A stretch of DNA of 64,000 nucleotides from positions 8,155 to 72,154 of IMG/VR virus record IMGVR_UViG_3300019764_000005; one strand, written 5' to 3'. A model generated the notes under the pieces. That model had not been told where the DNA came from and did not search any database. It saw only the letters and a list, made by a program, of their open reading frames with translations. The translations under genes and the position numbers were made by a program. Each line of letters starts with the position of its first letter. Position 1 is the stretch's first letter. This DNA is from a virus. This document shows, piece after piece, positions 1 through 9,868 of this stretch.

Positions 1-260
1 CCTCCAAGAACACCTTTATTATCTCTAACTCTTCTCCTAACAACATAGCGCGATTCCTCAAGCTCTTTAATTGATGATCTTATGGCATCTCTGCCCTCTT
101 TAAGCACCGATTCGAGTCCTCGTATGGTATAGTCCCAATTTTCTGGCAAGGATAGCATAAAGGCTAATAATCCCTTTGATCGCAATGACAGTTTCTTATC
201 TCTTAGTGGAATATTTGATAAGACTGTAAAATTTGTTTTCTGAACATGTATCTTTCCCAT
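1..260 (-). CDS. Helix-turn-helix replication initiator-like protein, N-terminal part (runs off window start)
   Basis: Hand translation MGKIHVQKTNFTVLSNIPLRDKKLSLRSKGLLAFMLSLPENWDY...IRSSIKELEESRYV matches the typical phage replication-organiser HTH N-terminus. Confidence 0.6.
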   Translation of the reverse strand, partial: MGKIHVQKTNFTVLSNIPLRDKKLSLRSKGLLAFMLSLPENWDYTIRGLESVLKEGRDAIRSSIKELEESRYVVRRRVRDNKGVLG

Positions 261-472
261 ATCTAATCATTCTTTTGTTTATTTTTCAGATCTTTTCGTG
301 TTCATTTCTTCAGTGTGTTAATTGTCGCTGAACACAGTTTTTAAGTGAACACACATAACATGTGCGCCGTAGCTACTATAATAGCGATAATAAGCCCGAT
401 AAGGTATAAATAGACACTATGGTAGCTGTTTTATACCCGATCGGTATCATGTTTATACCATAACACATTCAA

Positions 473-1321
473 TTAGAGTAATTCGTATTTTGGCATCATA
501 CATTCCATGCCAGTCCGACTAATTTCAAAATCTAATATAACTACACCTATTGGTGTGGCTGGATATGTTTTTGCATGCACATAGCCTCTTTTTTTACCCG
601 AAAATTCTTCCTTGAGTGTTGGAGCTTGAATGTACCACTTGTTCTGATACTTTACAGAACCATTATCTACGAATCTCTCTATTTTTAATGGCAGTATCCA
701 TGATGTGTGAATGTGTTCGCAAATCCAAATATCGGCATCAGGATAGCGACCTATTAGTAAATCAACAGACAATACACCTTTCGATCTGGTACCTCCCGAG
801 ATGGGCTGATGGGAAAAGTAGATGTTTTTAGTTGCTTTACCATTCCCTCTACTATGTCTAATCTTAATCCAGCCAGCCAGGTCTCCACAGATAATTTCAT
901 GCTTTGTGGTTTCATTTAACCGGTCTACCATCATTTTGATCATATCGATTCCGTGACGCCTTATTTGCACCTCCTCGTGGTTACCGAGATTGAAAGCCAG
1001 TATTTTATCTTTAAATGGTTTATAGAAATCGCAAGATTCTTCAATTACAGCATTTATATAGTCATCTCTTTTAAGGGAATCTTTTAATGCTGATTTGGCG
1101 GCTCTTGGATCTGCGAAATTTTGCATCACATCAAATGAATCACCCCCAAAAATTAAATAAGCTTTCGGATATTTTTTAACTATCTTTTTCAAGAAATTCA
1201 ATCTCGATTTCTTTGAGTCATTGTGCATGTCAGCAACCCAAATAATCTTCAGTTCATTGCCTTCTTTTTTAAAATCAATAACTTGACATGAATCATCTGT
1301 TTTTTTATTCTCTAAAATCAT
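473..1321 (-). CDS. Calcineurin-like metallophosphoesterase
   Basis: Motifs DMH, GGDSFD, GNHE, SH, EHIH in the expected order. Confidence 0.85.
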   Translation of the reverse strand: MILENKKTDDSCQVIDFKKEGNELKIIWVADMHNDSKKSRLNFLKKIVKKYPKAYLIFGGDSFDVMQNFADPRAAKSALKDSLKRDDYINAVIEESCDFYKPFKDKILAFNLGNHEEVQIRRHGIDMIKMMVDRLNETTKHEIICGDLAGWIKIRHSRGNGKATKNIYFSHQPISGGTRSKGVLSVDLLIGRYPDADIWICEHIHTSWILPLKIERFVDNGSVKYQNKWYIQAPTLKEEFSGKKRGYVHAKTYPATPIGVVILDFEISRTGMECMMPKYELL

Positions 1322-1345
1322 AGCTGTTGTTTTTGATTTAATTAA

Positions 1346-1772
1346 TTTCGTCCATTAAAACGGACGATAACAGTCGATGAAAGCACATGAAAAAACGTGC
1401 TTTATCTTGGTGTTACCCACCATAATGTGAGTTAAGCACCTCTGTTATCTTATGGTCGGTTGGTTCATACCAAAAATCGGCAACTGGAATAGTTTCATTA
1501 TCATCAGACCAGTTGGTTAAATAAACACCATCACTCTTTTTAACAACATCGCAAGTTGCCTCGAGCAGTTCTCCCTTTTGGTACACTATCTTGTGTCCTG
1601 GCATTATTTTCACACCGTTCATATCTGTCATTAAAATATTACGGTGGGTAACATTGTATAAACCCAATTGCTTTTCGTAGGCTTCAACAATGTTTTTTGC
1701 TTCTAAGTATTGTCCCTCTGTTATCATATCTTTGTTCTTTTAATTACGCAACTGTGTTTATACTTACCGTTA
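1346..1772 (-). mobile_element. Hairpin-cassette element E1 (A module 1649-1772, B module 1412-1652, type I end 1346-1415)
   Basis: A arms TAACGGTAAGTATAAACACAGTTGC / GCAATTGGGTTTATACAATGTTA; B arms GTTACCCACCGTAAT / ATTATGGTGGGTAAC (14/15 complementary); 70-bp end shared with E2. Confidence 0.7.
1413..1727 (-). CDS. Hypothetical protein spanning the A/B junction of E1
   Basis: 104-aa ORF; junction reads L-Y-N-V(GTT)-T-H; stop codon is the TAA of TAAC. Confidence 0.75.
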   Translation of the reverse strand: MITEGQYLEAKNIVEAYEKQLGLYNVTHRNILMTDMNGVKIMPGHKIVYQKGELLEATCDVVKKSDGVYLTNWSDDNETIPVADFWYEPTDHKITEVLNSHYGG

Positions 1773-2042
1773 TAGATCCAATTCCTCACCTATTCGTTTT
1801 ATCAAGTCGAAATGCTTGTTAGATTTGTCAATTAGAGGATATAGTGAAAGTAAATTTCTTGCCTCACGTAAAAGATTGTCTGAATTCAAAAGGACCTTGT
1901 AAATATCTCTTTTGACCTCATCAGGCATCTTTCTCTTATTATTTAGCCATTGAGATAATTGATGCACAGACTTGCCAATTTTTTCTGCTACAAAGGTGTT
2001 TTTTAAACCCTTTTCTTTAATTAAATTTTGAATATTTTCCAT
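1770..2042 (-). CDS. XRE-type HTH DNA-binding protein
   Basis: IKEKGLKNTFVAEKIGKSVHQLSQWLNNKR HTH pattern. Confidence 0.75.
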   Translation of the reverse strand: MENIQNLIKEKGLKNTFVAEKIGKSVHQLSQWLNNKRKMPDEVKRDIYKVLLNSDNLLREARNLLSLYPLIDKSNKHFDLIKRIGEELDL

Positions 2043-2064
2043 TGTTCTAATTTTAAGTACTCTG

Positions 2065-2072
2065 CAAATGTA
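2065..2072 (-). promoter_or_regulatory. Bacteroidota -7 promoter box (TACATTTG)
   Basis: Matches TAnnTTTG just upstream of the leftward gene in a divergent intergenic region. Confidence 0.6.
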
Positions 2073-2167
2073 GGTTAAATTTCATTAACAAAAAACACTT
2101 AAACCTTATTTTAAATTAGTCTAAATATGAATTGTATAGTTTTATTGACATTGTAGATTATTCTTTT

Positions 2168-2175
2168 TAGATTTG
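2168..2175 (+). promoter_or_regulatory. Bacteroidota -7 promoter box (TAGATTTG), probably a leaderless transcript
   Basis: TAnnTTTG ends 4 nt before the ATG at 2180. Confidence 0.55.
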
Positions 2176-2179
2176 CCAT

Positions 2180-2848
2180 ATGATTAAAAAGAAATTGAAA
2201 GTCTGTAGAGGAATTGGGAAAGCTAAAGATTACGGCTGTGGAGATGATAAGCTTATTCATAAATATGGCTTATGCACTGGATGTTTTGCTAAATGGCTTT
2301 ATAATTCAGAAGAAGGACAGCAGGTTCTTAAAAAGAGTGTTTTGCGAGCGAAAGGGAAAGTTCGCACAGATAATAAGATTAAGCACAATCAAGCCAGGCA
2401 AGATATTAAAAAGAAGGCTGAATTTGAAAAAGATCTTCAGACCGAAGTAAATACTATCGTTAGACTTATTGATGTAGATAAAGGATGTATTAGTTGTGGG
2501 CATGGATGGAAAGAAGGTTGGACAAGACAAGCACATGCAGGACATTACTATTCTGTAGGATCAGACCCTACTTTACGCTTTAATTTTTTTAATATTTGGA
2601 AACAGTGCAGTATTTGTAATAATTTTAAAGGTGGCAACGAAAGAGCTTATGCTGACGGAATTATAGAGCGTTACGGGAAGATGACTCTTCTGAGGATGAA
2701 TGGTCTTAAAGCTAAGTATAAAGAAATTCACCTGGCAAAACATGAGCTTATCGAAAAGATTAAGATTGCCAGGAAGATTAAAAGAGCTATAAAATCTGGT
2801 AAAGATTACACCAGAGATGAGTTGAATGACCAATTAGGTATTTATTAA
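2180..2848 (+). CDS. ninG: NinG/Rap-like HNH recombination endonuclease
   Basis: CISC...AHAGHYYS...LRFN..NIWKQCSICN motifs. Confidence 0.8.
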   Translation: MIKKKLKVCRGIGKAKDYGCGDDKLIHKYGLCTGCFAKWLYNSEEGQQVLKKSVLRAKGKVRTDNKIKHNQARQDIKKKAEFEKDLQTEVNTIVRLIDVDKGCISCGHGWKEGWTRQAHAGHYYSVGSDPTLRFNFFNIWKQCSICNNFKGGNERAYADGIIERYGKMTLLRMNGLKAKYKEIHLAKHELIEKIKIARKIKRAIKSGKDYTRDELNDQLGIY

Positions 2849-2863
2849 TTTAAAATTTGTAAA

Positions 2864-3160
2864 ATGAAAGACAAAATTCAGCCAGCAGGAAGACCTTTAA
2901 ATGAAGGCGAAATCGAACAATTAAGAATACAAGAGGTGTGCGCAAACAAGCAATACCGAAAAGATCTGGATGTTATTCTTCAGGAAATAAAAGCTTGTCC
3001 AGGTTCCAGAGAAAGATCCTTAGCTATCACAAAACTTCAGGAGTGTATTATGTGGCTTGGTATGGATCTTAAGCGTTTAAACGAACCTAATCCGTATCCT
3101 GAGAGTTATAATCCTAAAAGCTCGGTAATTGAGCCTACTTCGGATGATTTAAAACTTTAA
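2864..3160 (+). CDS. Acb2/Tad1-hairpin-like protein (candidate nucleotide-signal sponge)
   Basis: SRERSLAITKLQECIMWL helix-hairpin motif in a 98-aa protein. Confidence 0.55.
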   Translation: MKDKIQPAGRPLNEGEIEQLRIQEVCANKQYRKDLDVILQEIKACPGSRERSLAITKLQECIMWLGMDLKRLNEPNPYPESYNPKSSVIEPTSDDLKL

Positions 3161-3192
3161 TCTTTTTTTTAACAAACATTTAATTTTATATT

Positions 3193-3474
3193 ATGCAAGA
3201 TCAACCAAGTTGCCCAACACCAATAACTGAGGCAGAATCTTTAAAAAATGGATTCTTAGATGTAATTGTAGGAATAAGAGAAGCTAAGGAAAGACTGACT
3301 GCTTTCTCTGAAAGATTTTGTGGCGAAGGTCTTCCAGAACTAAAAGATAAACCAAGCGATCATGATAAGCAAACACCAAGCGTTATGCATGATCTTAAAA
3401 GTATGAAAAATACAATCAATGATAATTTGAGTGCGATTCATGCATTGATTTGCCGCTTGGAGAATTTCGTTTAG
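3193..3474 (+). CDS. Hypothetical protein
   Basis: 93-aa ORF co-oriented with neighbours. Confidence 0.6.
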   Translation: MQDQPSCPTPITEAESLKNGFLDVIVGIREAKERLTAFSERFCGEGLPELKDKPSDHDKQTPSVMHDLKSMKNTINDNLSAIHALICRLENFV

Positions 3475-3540
3475 ATTTTTATTCCCACGAAAATTGACAT
3501 AAGTGCAAAGCCTGATATCTCCAAATATCAGGCTTTTTTT

Positions 3541-3840
3541 TTATTTCTTCTTCCCTCTGGCACGTTTATCGCCTTGAGTATCTTTACTACTCCCCCTATT
3601 TTTCGAGCTATCCTTATATATGGTTCCGTTTGAGGTATGTGACAAGTCTTTCCCTGAACGGTTAACTCCTTTCTTATCCGCAGCATAGTTTTTTCTTCCA
3701 AGCTCTCTTCGTTTCGACTTTTGCTCGGATCTCGCATTTACCTTCTTGTCGGTAGCTGCTTTTTTCTTTCTAGCAGTTGGATTGTCCCGGTAATATTTAG
3801 CAGACTTACATACTGCTCCTTTTTTCTTTGGAGGTGCCAT
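3541..3840 (-). CDS. Small basic protein, possibly degenerate HNH-like
   Basis: K/R-rich 99 aa with GKDLSH...SSKNR, downstream of portal. Confidence 0.55.
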   Translation of the reverse strand: MAPPKKKGAVCKSAKYYRDNPTARKKKAATDKKVNARSEQKSKRRELGRKNYAADKKGVNRSGKDLSHTSNGTIYKDSSKNRGSSKDTQGDKRARGKKK

Positions 3841-3850
3841 TGGTTTTATT

Positions 3851-6265
3851 TTAAATTGGTAATTGAGTTTCTTGATTTAAATTTAACGGTTGGTTCTCGA
3901 TCGGTGCATTCTTAGCAAATTGTTTTAATTCCTGCTCAGTTTCGAAATCCTGTGAACCGGTATTTTTCTGTCTTTGATCGATCATTCTAGACTGCTGAGA
4001 AGCTTGTATGCCAGTTCTCTTGTCCTTGCGATCTTCTTTCATTCTATCAGATCTAACAAGGTAATTATTCTTCTTATTCTCGATATCCGATTCATACATG
4101 TACTTCATTTTAAGAAGTAGAGCATCACCTTCAGTTTTCTTAGATATAAGCAAGGCTTCTTTTCTTCCTTCGAAAGTAATCTTAGCCTGATCAGCTTGCA
4201 TTTGCATTTGGAAGGTTCTTTGCTTTTCCTTTTCAACAAAAATGGCAGTTTGCCTTCTACCATCTTCAGTAGCTTTGATTTGTTGAAGTTTTTCTTCTTG
4301 TATTTGTCTTCTCCTCTTTTTAATCCTGATCTTAAGATCCTTATTGGCTAGTTTAAGATTACGAGTATTTAAGAGATCAATTCTATCTGGAATATCGATA
4401 TCACCTTTCTGAATGGCAAGATCAAGCGTAGCTTTAAAATTAGCTCTCTCTTGAGCATCTGGAGCTACATCAATTGTAATAGAATATTCATACATGTGAA
4501 GCTGACTTCCTTCCTGAAGAACCTTCACGTTATTCTCACCAAGTAAATTCATTATTGCACGATTGTACTTTTCACCGTACATGCTCATATTTTGAATTCG
4601 TGAAACTATAAATTCAGAACTTCTCTGAAGGATAGACATTGTTCCGTCAAGAATCCTTTTAGTTGCAGTATTACTTGCATTTATAGCTAACTGTTGGGCT
4701 CCTACCAATGTGTTGTCGAGCGATTGAGATCCATCCCTTGCCGGATTTACTCCTGTCACATCATAAAGCATCTTTACATTGTGATTGTAATAAACAATCA
4801 ATTGCTGAAGTTCAGAAGATATCCCACCAGGGATAGGCTTGATTGGTTCCCCATTTATGTACTCTCCCTCTAAATTTCGACTTGAATACAATAAGTCTCC
4901 TCGTTGATTATAAATGTCAATAAGGTCAGGTACTCTCAAAACATCTCCATTCCCTAAATCAACTTCAGCTAACGCATCGATGTCGATAGATACACCAGAC
5001 GGTTTGGCTGTTGATATTAATTGCTGTATTTTCAGTTTCGTTATCTGAAGATCATCGGCAATACTTACCATTCTTTTAACCATGGATGGTGTGCTCAATT
5101 CGAATACAGAATACGGTGGCATTACGTTATTAATGTCAGAATTTGGACGAACCATATCATGCATTAATTGGTAGTTGTAGACGAATTGTGTCCCGGTAAT
5201 ATAAAAACCTTCAAACCACACATCGTAGGTTCCTTGTAGTTTTTCACTCCTTGAATTTTCATGGACCTCAAATGTGTCTTTTTGTTTACTAATCTTACCG
5301 TACTTCTTCTTCTTGTAAGTTTCGTTCAATGTTGTCTCGAAGCAGAATTCCATCACCTCAACATTGTAATTGTATAATTCTTCCTGACGGAAATCTTTTG
5401 GATTACCAAGTATGCCCAGAGAGCCATTAATCATGCTCTTTAATTGTTCGTCAGAGAATTTATTTCCACTGGCTTTCTTAATCTCCTCAATCTTCATTAT
5501 TCGGACTTCTCCAAAATAATAACAACCACGCTTATCCTCTGTGCGTTCTGGATCAAATGAATATATGAAGTTTTGCGGATCTATTCGTCTTTGCAATATA
5601 CCCACTGATGGATCAACTATATTTCTGGCAATACCGATACCATAAGTAATAAGATCCTCGATTATTAATCTGTAAAGATTTTCCCAATGGTTTATGTCGA
5701 ATATTTTAGCAAGGCATATCTCAATGGCTATTTCTTGTGGCTGCACAAACTCATCCATATGAACATCAAGTTCTTCTTCGGTTTCCGGAACAAATCCCAT
5801 GGGGGAGAAATCCATTCCAGTTGCCTGAGTAAACGCATCGGTAAATGGCTTGGCGAGCATTTCCGTTTCCAGATTGTTTCTATACCTTTCTTTCCTGCTC
5901 ATGGATTGCTTATCAATGCCATTTGCTTGAATTTCAAATATATCAATTGGATACCCATCTCGTATAATATCGATAAATTTCGGAATGATTTGAAAATAAG
6001 TCCAATCGAACGCTGTCCATGCCTTATCCTGACTCACATTGAGGATATCTTTAAATTTAGATGTATCCACATCTCCTGTTCTGAAAGAATCTAGGTATTG
6101 AAGCTCACTTCTTCTTTGAATCAATTTCTGATCCTGTCTTGCTCCGTATAGCCATTCAGTTTCAATGAATCGTGCATAAGCCAATCCATAAGCATCGGAT
6201 TTCTTAGTATCATTATCAGATAAAGGATCTGGATAATTCTGAAATAACGTGTTAACTGCTCCCAT
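3851..6265 (-). CDS. Portal protein (crAss-like)
   Basis: 804 aa, IIPKFIDI, DLITYGIG, DVTGVNPARDGS motifs, coiled-coil C-terminus, directly after terminase. Confidence 0.85.
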   Translation of the reverse strand: MGAVNTLFQNYPDPLSDNDTKKSDAYGLAYARFIETEWLYGARQDQKLIQRRSELQYLDSFRTGDVDTSKFKDILNVSQDKAWTAFDWTYFQIIPKFIDIIRDGYPIDIFEIQANGIDKQSMSRKERYRNNLETEMLAKPFTDAFTQATGMDFSPMGFVPETEEELDVHMDEFVQPQEIAIEICLAKIFDINHWENLYRLIIEDLITYGIGIARNIVDPSVGILQRRIDPQNFIYSFDPERTEDKRGCYYFGEVRIMKIEEIKKASGNKFSDEQLKSMINGSLGILGNPKDFRQEELYNYNVEVMEFCFETTLNETYKKKKYGKISKQKDTFEVHENSRSEKLQGTYDVWFEGFYITGTQFVYNYQLMHDMVRPNSDINNVMPPYSVFELSTPSMVKRMVSIADDLQITKLKIQQLISTAKPSGVSIDIDALAEVDLGNGDVLRVPDLIDIYNQRGDLLYSSRNLEGEYINGEPIKPIPGGISSELQQLIVYYNHNVKMLYDVTGVNPARDGSQSLDNTLVGAQQLAINASNTATKRILDGTMSILQRSSEFIVSRIQNMSMYGEKYNRAIMNLLGENNVKVLQEGSQLHMYEYSITIDVAPDAQERANFKATLDLAIQKGDIDIPDRIDLLNTRNLKLANKDLKIRIKKRRRQIQEEKLQQIKATEDGRRQTAIFVEKEKQRTFQMQMQADQAKITFEGRKEALLISKKTEGDALLLKMKYMYESDIENKKNNYLVRSDRMKEDRKDKRTGIQASQQSRMIDQRQKNTGSQDFETEQELKQFAKNAPIENQPLNLNQETQLPI

Positions 6266-6271
6266 GGTATA

Positions 6272-8947
6272 TTAATTTAATCTGGTTCCAACTTTTCCTG
6301 TATTATCAAATCTTTTAAATAATGATTGTACTGCCTCTTTCTTAACTTCGTTATTTGCTGCAGGTCTTCTCGTTTTAATATTGCAAGCCATTAATGCCAA
6401 TGATGACGAGATAGAAGCATCTCTCTTGGTTCTATTTTTCGAATCATACGAAAGCCAATCAAGTAGAGTATCATTAAACATCATATCACCATACGTGTCA
6501 TCATCTTTTTCGCCCACATGATGCTCTACATAGCTCTCAATTGCTGATGTTTGCATCTGGATTACATTCTCACTTGTAGAAGGTATTCCCCCATACTTCT
6601 TTTCATCCTCTGTTAACTTATCTGGTAATTTATCAGGTCTGTTTAACGAGAATTTACGATACCCACGCTCCCTAAGGGCTTCAACTAAATTACGAACATT
6701 ATTTTCAATCAAAGCAGGCATTCCGAAAAACACCATTGCCATAATAACATCCTCGGTAAATATTTTTTTCTCTTCCGGTCTGTGAATATATTCCAGAAAG
6801 AAGAAATTACTCGGAGCCTTCACGTTTTCTTTGGTGAAACCATGCATAGACCCCTTCGAGCCATCCTTGCTTTTATCAGTACGATATGGGTCAATACCGA
6901 AAGCACCCACATCTGAATTGCCTGGCATTAGAATATTTCCTCTTCTTATCACATTATTCCTAAGCTCAACAGGAGGCATCCAGCTTATAAGGAATCTTCC
7001 ATTTGGATCATCTCTCCACTCAACCACCCCACAATCTCTAACCCCTTTTTGCCATCTGAAATTACCTCTTCTTAATTTCGAATTAAGACCAAGTTTGTTC
7101 TTTGGCAATAAGTTATTGTAGGCAACCTGAGTAATAATATTGCCCTGGTTAAACATACACATTCCTTCAGATACTGCAAACCCATCAGCTTCTTCAATCG
7201 GGGTTTTCCTTAAATATTCTACCCTGGCACGTATGTTATTGCCTAAATGATCAAGTTCACGTTGAATATGAGTCTTTATTCCGATGTCTACAATCTCCCC
7301 ATCCATCGTTTTGGTGGGTTTTAATGGATCTTCTAGTATAGCGTAGCCATATCTGTCAATATAACCTTCATAGTGCTCATACACCGAAATAAATATCTTA
7401 TACAGATACGATTTTGTTTGACCGTTCTCGTTCCTGTCGTTTACATCTGAATCGTAATAGATTTTTTTGTATCTATCCCCGGCTAATGCTAATTCATCTT
7501 CAGCATCTTTGCCAGTTACATTTTCAACTGTAGAGAATAGGAATATTTTTCCTGTTATCCTGGCACCCTTGGTGGCAGATTTACGGACCATCTCAAAGTG
7601 AGATATGGTATTACCATTTTGCTTCTTCCATTTACTGAACTCATCCCCTAAATAGAGTCTTGTCGCGTCACCATCGTAACTGTCCTCCGATGTAGATTCA
7701 TAATTACAGTATGTGTTTAGGGAATTATCAACTCTGTCCTTGCTTTTGTTATTTTTGGATAACATTTGCGAAGGCGAACGGAAATCAAGTTTGGATGCAG
7801 CAGTTTCATTTATACAGATTGGCTTAAAGTAAAATGGCAAGTTAGCAAACATATATGTCTGTCTGCGGAAGTTCTTTGAGGCATCTGAGTCTTTTTTAGA
7901 TGTCATTCCAAAAATCTTATCTCTTTCAAATGTTGATTTACAAAGAGAAAATGACATAAACATATCAGTTGCACCAAGACGACGAATCTTCTCAAGGATC
8001 AGTCCTGCACTTCTTTGATCACACCATACAGCCTCCATGAATATGAAGAGCTTTTGTTGTGCTTTTGTGAAATAATAAAACCCTCCATCTGCACCGGTCC
8101 GACACCGTGACATATGAAACCAATGGGCGCCACTGATGTATTCAGCAGTGCCATTGTTTAGAAACCAATAGCCATTTCTTTTATGATTAAACTCCTCCTC
8201 TATAAAATCTTCGAAACCTTTAGAGGAACGTTCATTTAATGCCTTTGGTGGATCGATCCTTCTCCAATATTGCTCTGCTTTAACTCTATTGTTATTTGCA
8301 ATATTGAGTCGCTTGGGTTTCTTTGGTAGTGCAATTCGTAGATCAGAAATGGTAATTATATCTCCAACTGTTCCTTCTGGATCAATTATTACAGCATCTA
8401 TTCCTGGGGCGTATTTTGCTTTGCTTCCCTTTTTTGCGAATTTATCAGCATAGATCTCCGCATATCCCTGGTTATAATCAACTTCTTTCAGCACGATCTC
8501 GTCCTCAGAAACAACTTTTCTAAGCTCATCTATGTGCTCGTAGATTTCCATCGCGTCTTCAAATGCCACAGATTTAGATTCCATGGCTTGCAAGACATTA
8601 TTCCCATTGTCTGATATCTTATCCACCTTGATTGGAGCATCAAGTGAAGCTATAAGGTGCTCAACTGATTCGGTTCCTGCTGTTATTAAACTATCAATAA
8701 CAGTTCTAGCCCAATCCTGTTGTCTGTAATCCATCTCAAGTACACCTGAGATTATTTTTTTTGCCCGGACAAATGCTTGTTTTTTAACTTGAAGATCTTT
8801 TTTCCCGTGCAATACTCTTGTTTCCAACTTGGTTTTATCATCAACTCTTGTCTGCGTTGGCTCAATGGACAAAATCTTTATAATTTCGCCCACGGCTTTT
8901 TTAGACTGATTTATGAGTTGTTTTTTAATGTCCATCCCAAGTACCAA
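6272..8947 (-). CDS. terL: Terminase large subunit with N-terminal helical extension
   Basis: KIRRLGAT Walker A-like, LYLGDE Walker B, nuclease motifs FGIDPY, IENN, RDASISS. Confidence 0.9.
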   Translation of the reverse strand: MVLGMDIKKQLINQSKKAVGEIIKILSIEPTQTRVDDKTKLETRVLHGKKDLQVKKQAFVRAKKIISGVLEMDYRQQDWARTVIDSLITAGTESVEHLIASLDAPIKVDKISDNGNNVLQAMESKSVAFEDAMEIYEHIDELRKVVSEDEIVLKEVDYNQGYAEIYADKFAKKGSKAKYAPGIDAVIIDPEGTVGDIITISDLRIALPKKPKRLNIANNNRVKAEQYWRRIDPPKALNERSSKGFEDFIEEEFNHKRNGYWFLNNGTAEYISGAHWFHMSRCRTGADGGFYYFTKAQQKLFIFMEAVWCDQRSAGLILEKIRRLGATDMFMSFSLCKSTFERDKIFGMTSKKDSDASKNFRRQTYMFANLPFYFKPICINETAASKLDFRSPSQMLSKNNKSKDRVDNSLNTYCNYESTSEDSYDGDATRLYLGDEFSKWKKQNGNTISHFEMVRKSATKGARITGKIFLFSTVENVTGKDAEDELALAGDRYKKIYYDSDVNDRNENGQTKSYLYKIFISVYEHYEGYIDRYGYAILEDPLKPTKTMDGEIVDIGIKTHIQRELDHLGNNIRARVEYLRKTPIEEADGFAVSEGMCMFNQGNIITQVAYNNLLPKNKLGLNSKLRRGNFRWQKGVRDCGVVEWRDDPNGRFLISWMPPVELRNNVIRRGNILMPGNSDVGAFGIDPYRTDKSKDGSKGSMHGFTKENVKAPSNFFFLEYIHRPEEKKIFTEDVIMAMVFFGMPALIENNVRNLVEALRERGYRKFSLNRPDKLPDKLTEDEKKYGGIPSTSENVIQMQTSAIESYVEHHVGEKDDDTYGDMMFNDTLLDWLSYDSKNRTKRDASISSSLALMACNIKTRRPAANNEVKKEAVQSLFKRFDNTGKVGTRLN

Positions 8948-9530
8948 TTATTTGTCTTGTTCTCATGCGGTACAATTTTTCACCTTTGATTTTGAATTCA
9001 TATTCAGCATCGTTCTTGAATACTACATTATCACCTTCATTGTATCCTTTTGCTGCCAATTCCTTATTTCCGTATTTAATGGTGCCAAGATTAGGTTTTT
9101 CTGTGTATTGATTTACCGTCAACACCTCACCTTTTTTCTGAACAATCTCATTCTTTACCGGCTTTACGAAGCAGAAGGGTTCAAGGCAGAAAAACTCATC
9201 TCCTCTTTGAATGCCGTAAATTTGATCAAGTGGACAGCCATATAATCCTTCCTGACGATTGATCTCGTAGGTACCATGCATATCCTTGCCATCCATTGAC
9301 TTTTTCCTTTTGACAATGTTGTGATGGAAATAAACGATATCTCCAACCTCAAGGACAGTATCATACAGATCAGGCTTCGAAACAACTGTCCCGTATCTAA
9401 TCGTCTTGTCGATATCATTAAAGCACATTACGAAATGAATCATAGTGTCTCCAACTTCCTTTCCCCTCACGTACATGTCAGGAACATGAATAAGCACTTC
9501 TTGCAGTAATACTATTTCTTTTTTATGCAT
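8925..9530 (-). CDS. Tandem GroES-like domain protein
   Basis: Two GroES-like halves (GTVVSKP..VGDIVYFHH; GTIKYG..GDNVVF..EFKIKGEKLY); sits next to terminase as in crAss-like phages. Confidence 0.65.
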   Translation of the reverse strand: MHKKEIVLLQEVLIHVPDMYVRGKEVGDTMIHFVMCFNDIDKTIRYGTVVSKPDLYDTVLEVGDIVYFHHNIVKRKKSMDGKDMHGTYEINRQEGLYGCPLDQIYGIQRGDEFFCLEPFCFVKPVKNEIVQKKGEVLTVNQYTEKPNLGTIKYGNKELAAKGYNEGDNVVFKNDAEYEFKIKGEKLYRMRTRQIIGTWDGH

Positions 9531-9792
9531 GCGATTCGATTATCTTTTTCCAATCATATTCAGTAACCACGATATTATTCTGAGTCACCATTATTTTTTT
9601 CCATAAGGCAACCGAGTTGTGTTTATCATTGACATACACTTTCGCAATAAGAAATCCATCTTTAAACTCCTCTTCAATAGAGCTCACGTTGGTTTCCCCG
9701 TTGCAAACCGAAGATCCAATCTTAAATCCTACTTTTCTTTCGTTCTCACCATATGAGATTTGTCTAACTTGCATAGTAAGTAATTTATACAT
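9523..9792 (-). CDS. Hypothetical protein
   Basis: ORF overlapping the next gene in the operon. Confidence 0.6.
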   Translation of the reverse strand: MYKLLTMQVRQISYGENERKVGFKIGSSVCNGETNVSSIEEEFKDGFLIAKVYVNDKHNSVALWKKIMVTQNNIVVTEYDWKKIIESHA

Positions 9793-9868
9793 CCTTTGAT
9801 AGAGCTAAATCAAACGACACGAATCGGAATCATTAGCTCTATCGGTGAACAAGGATGTGTGTTTAATA

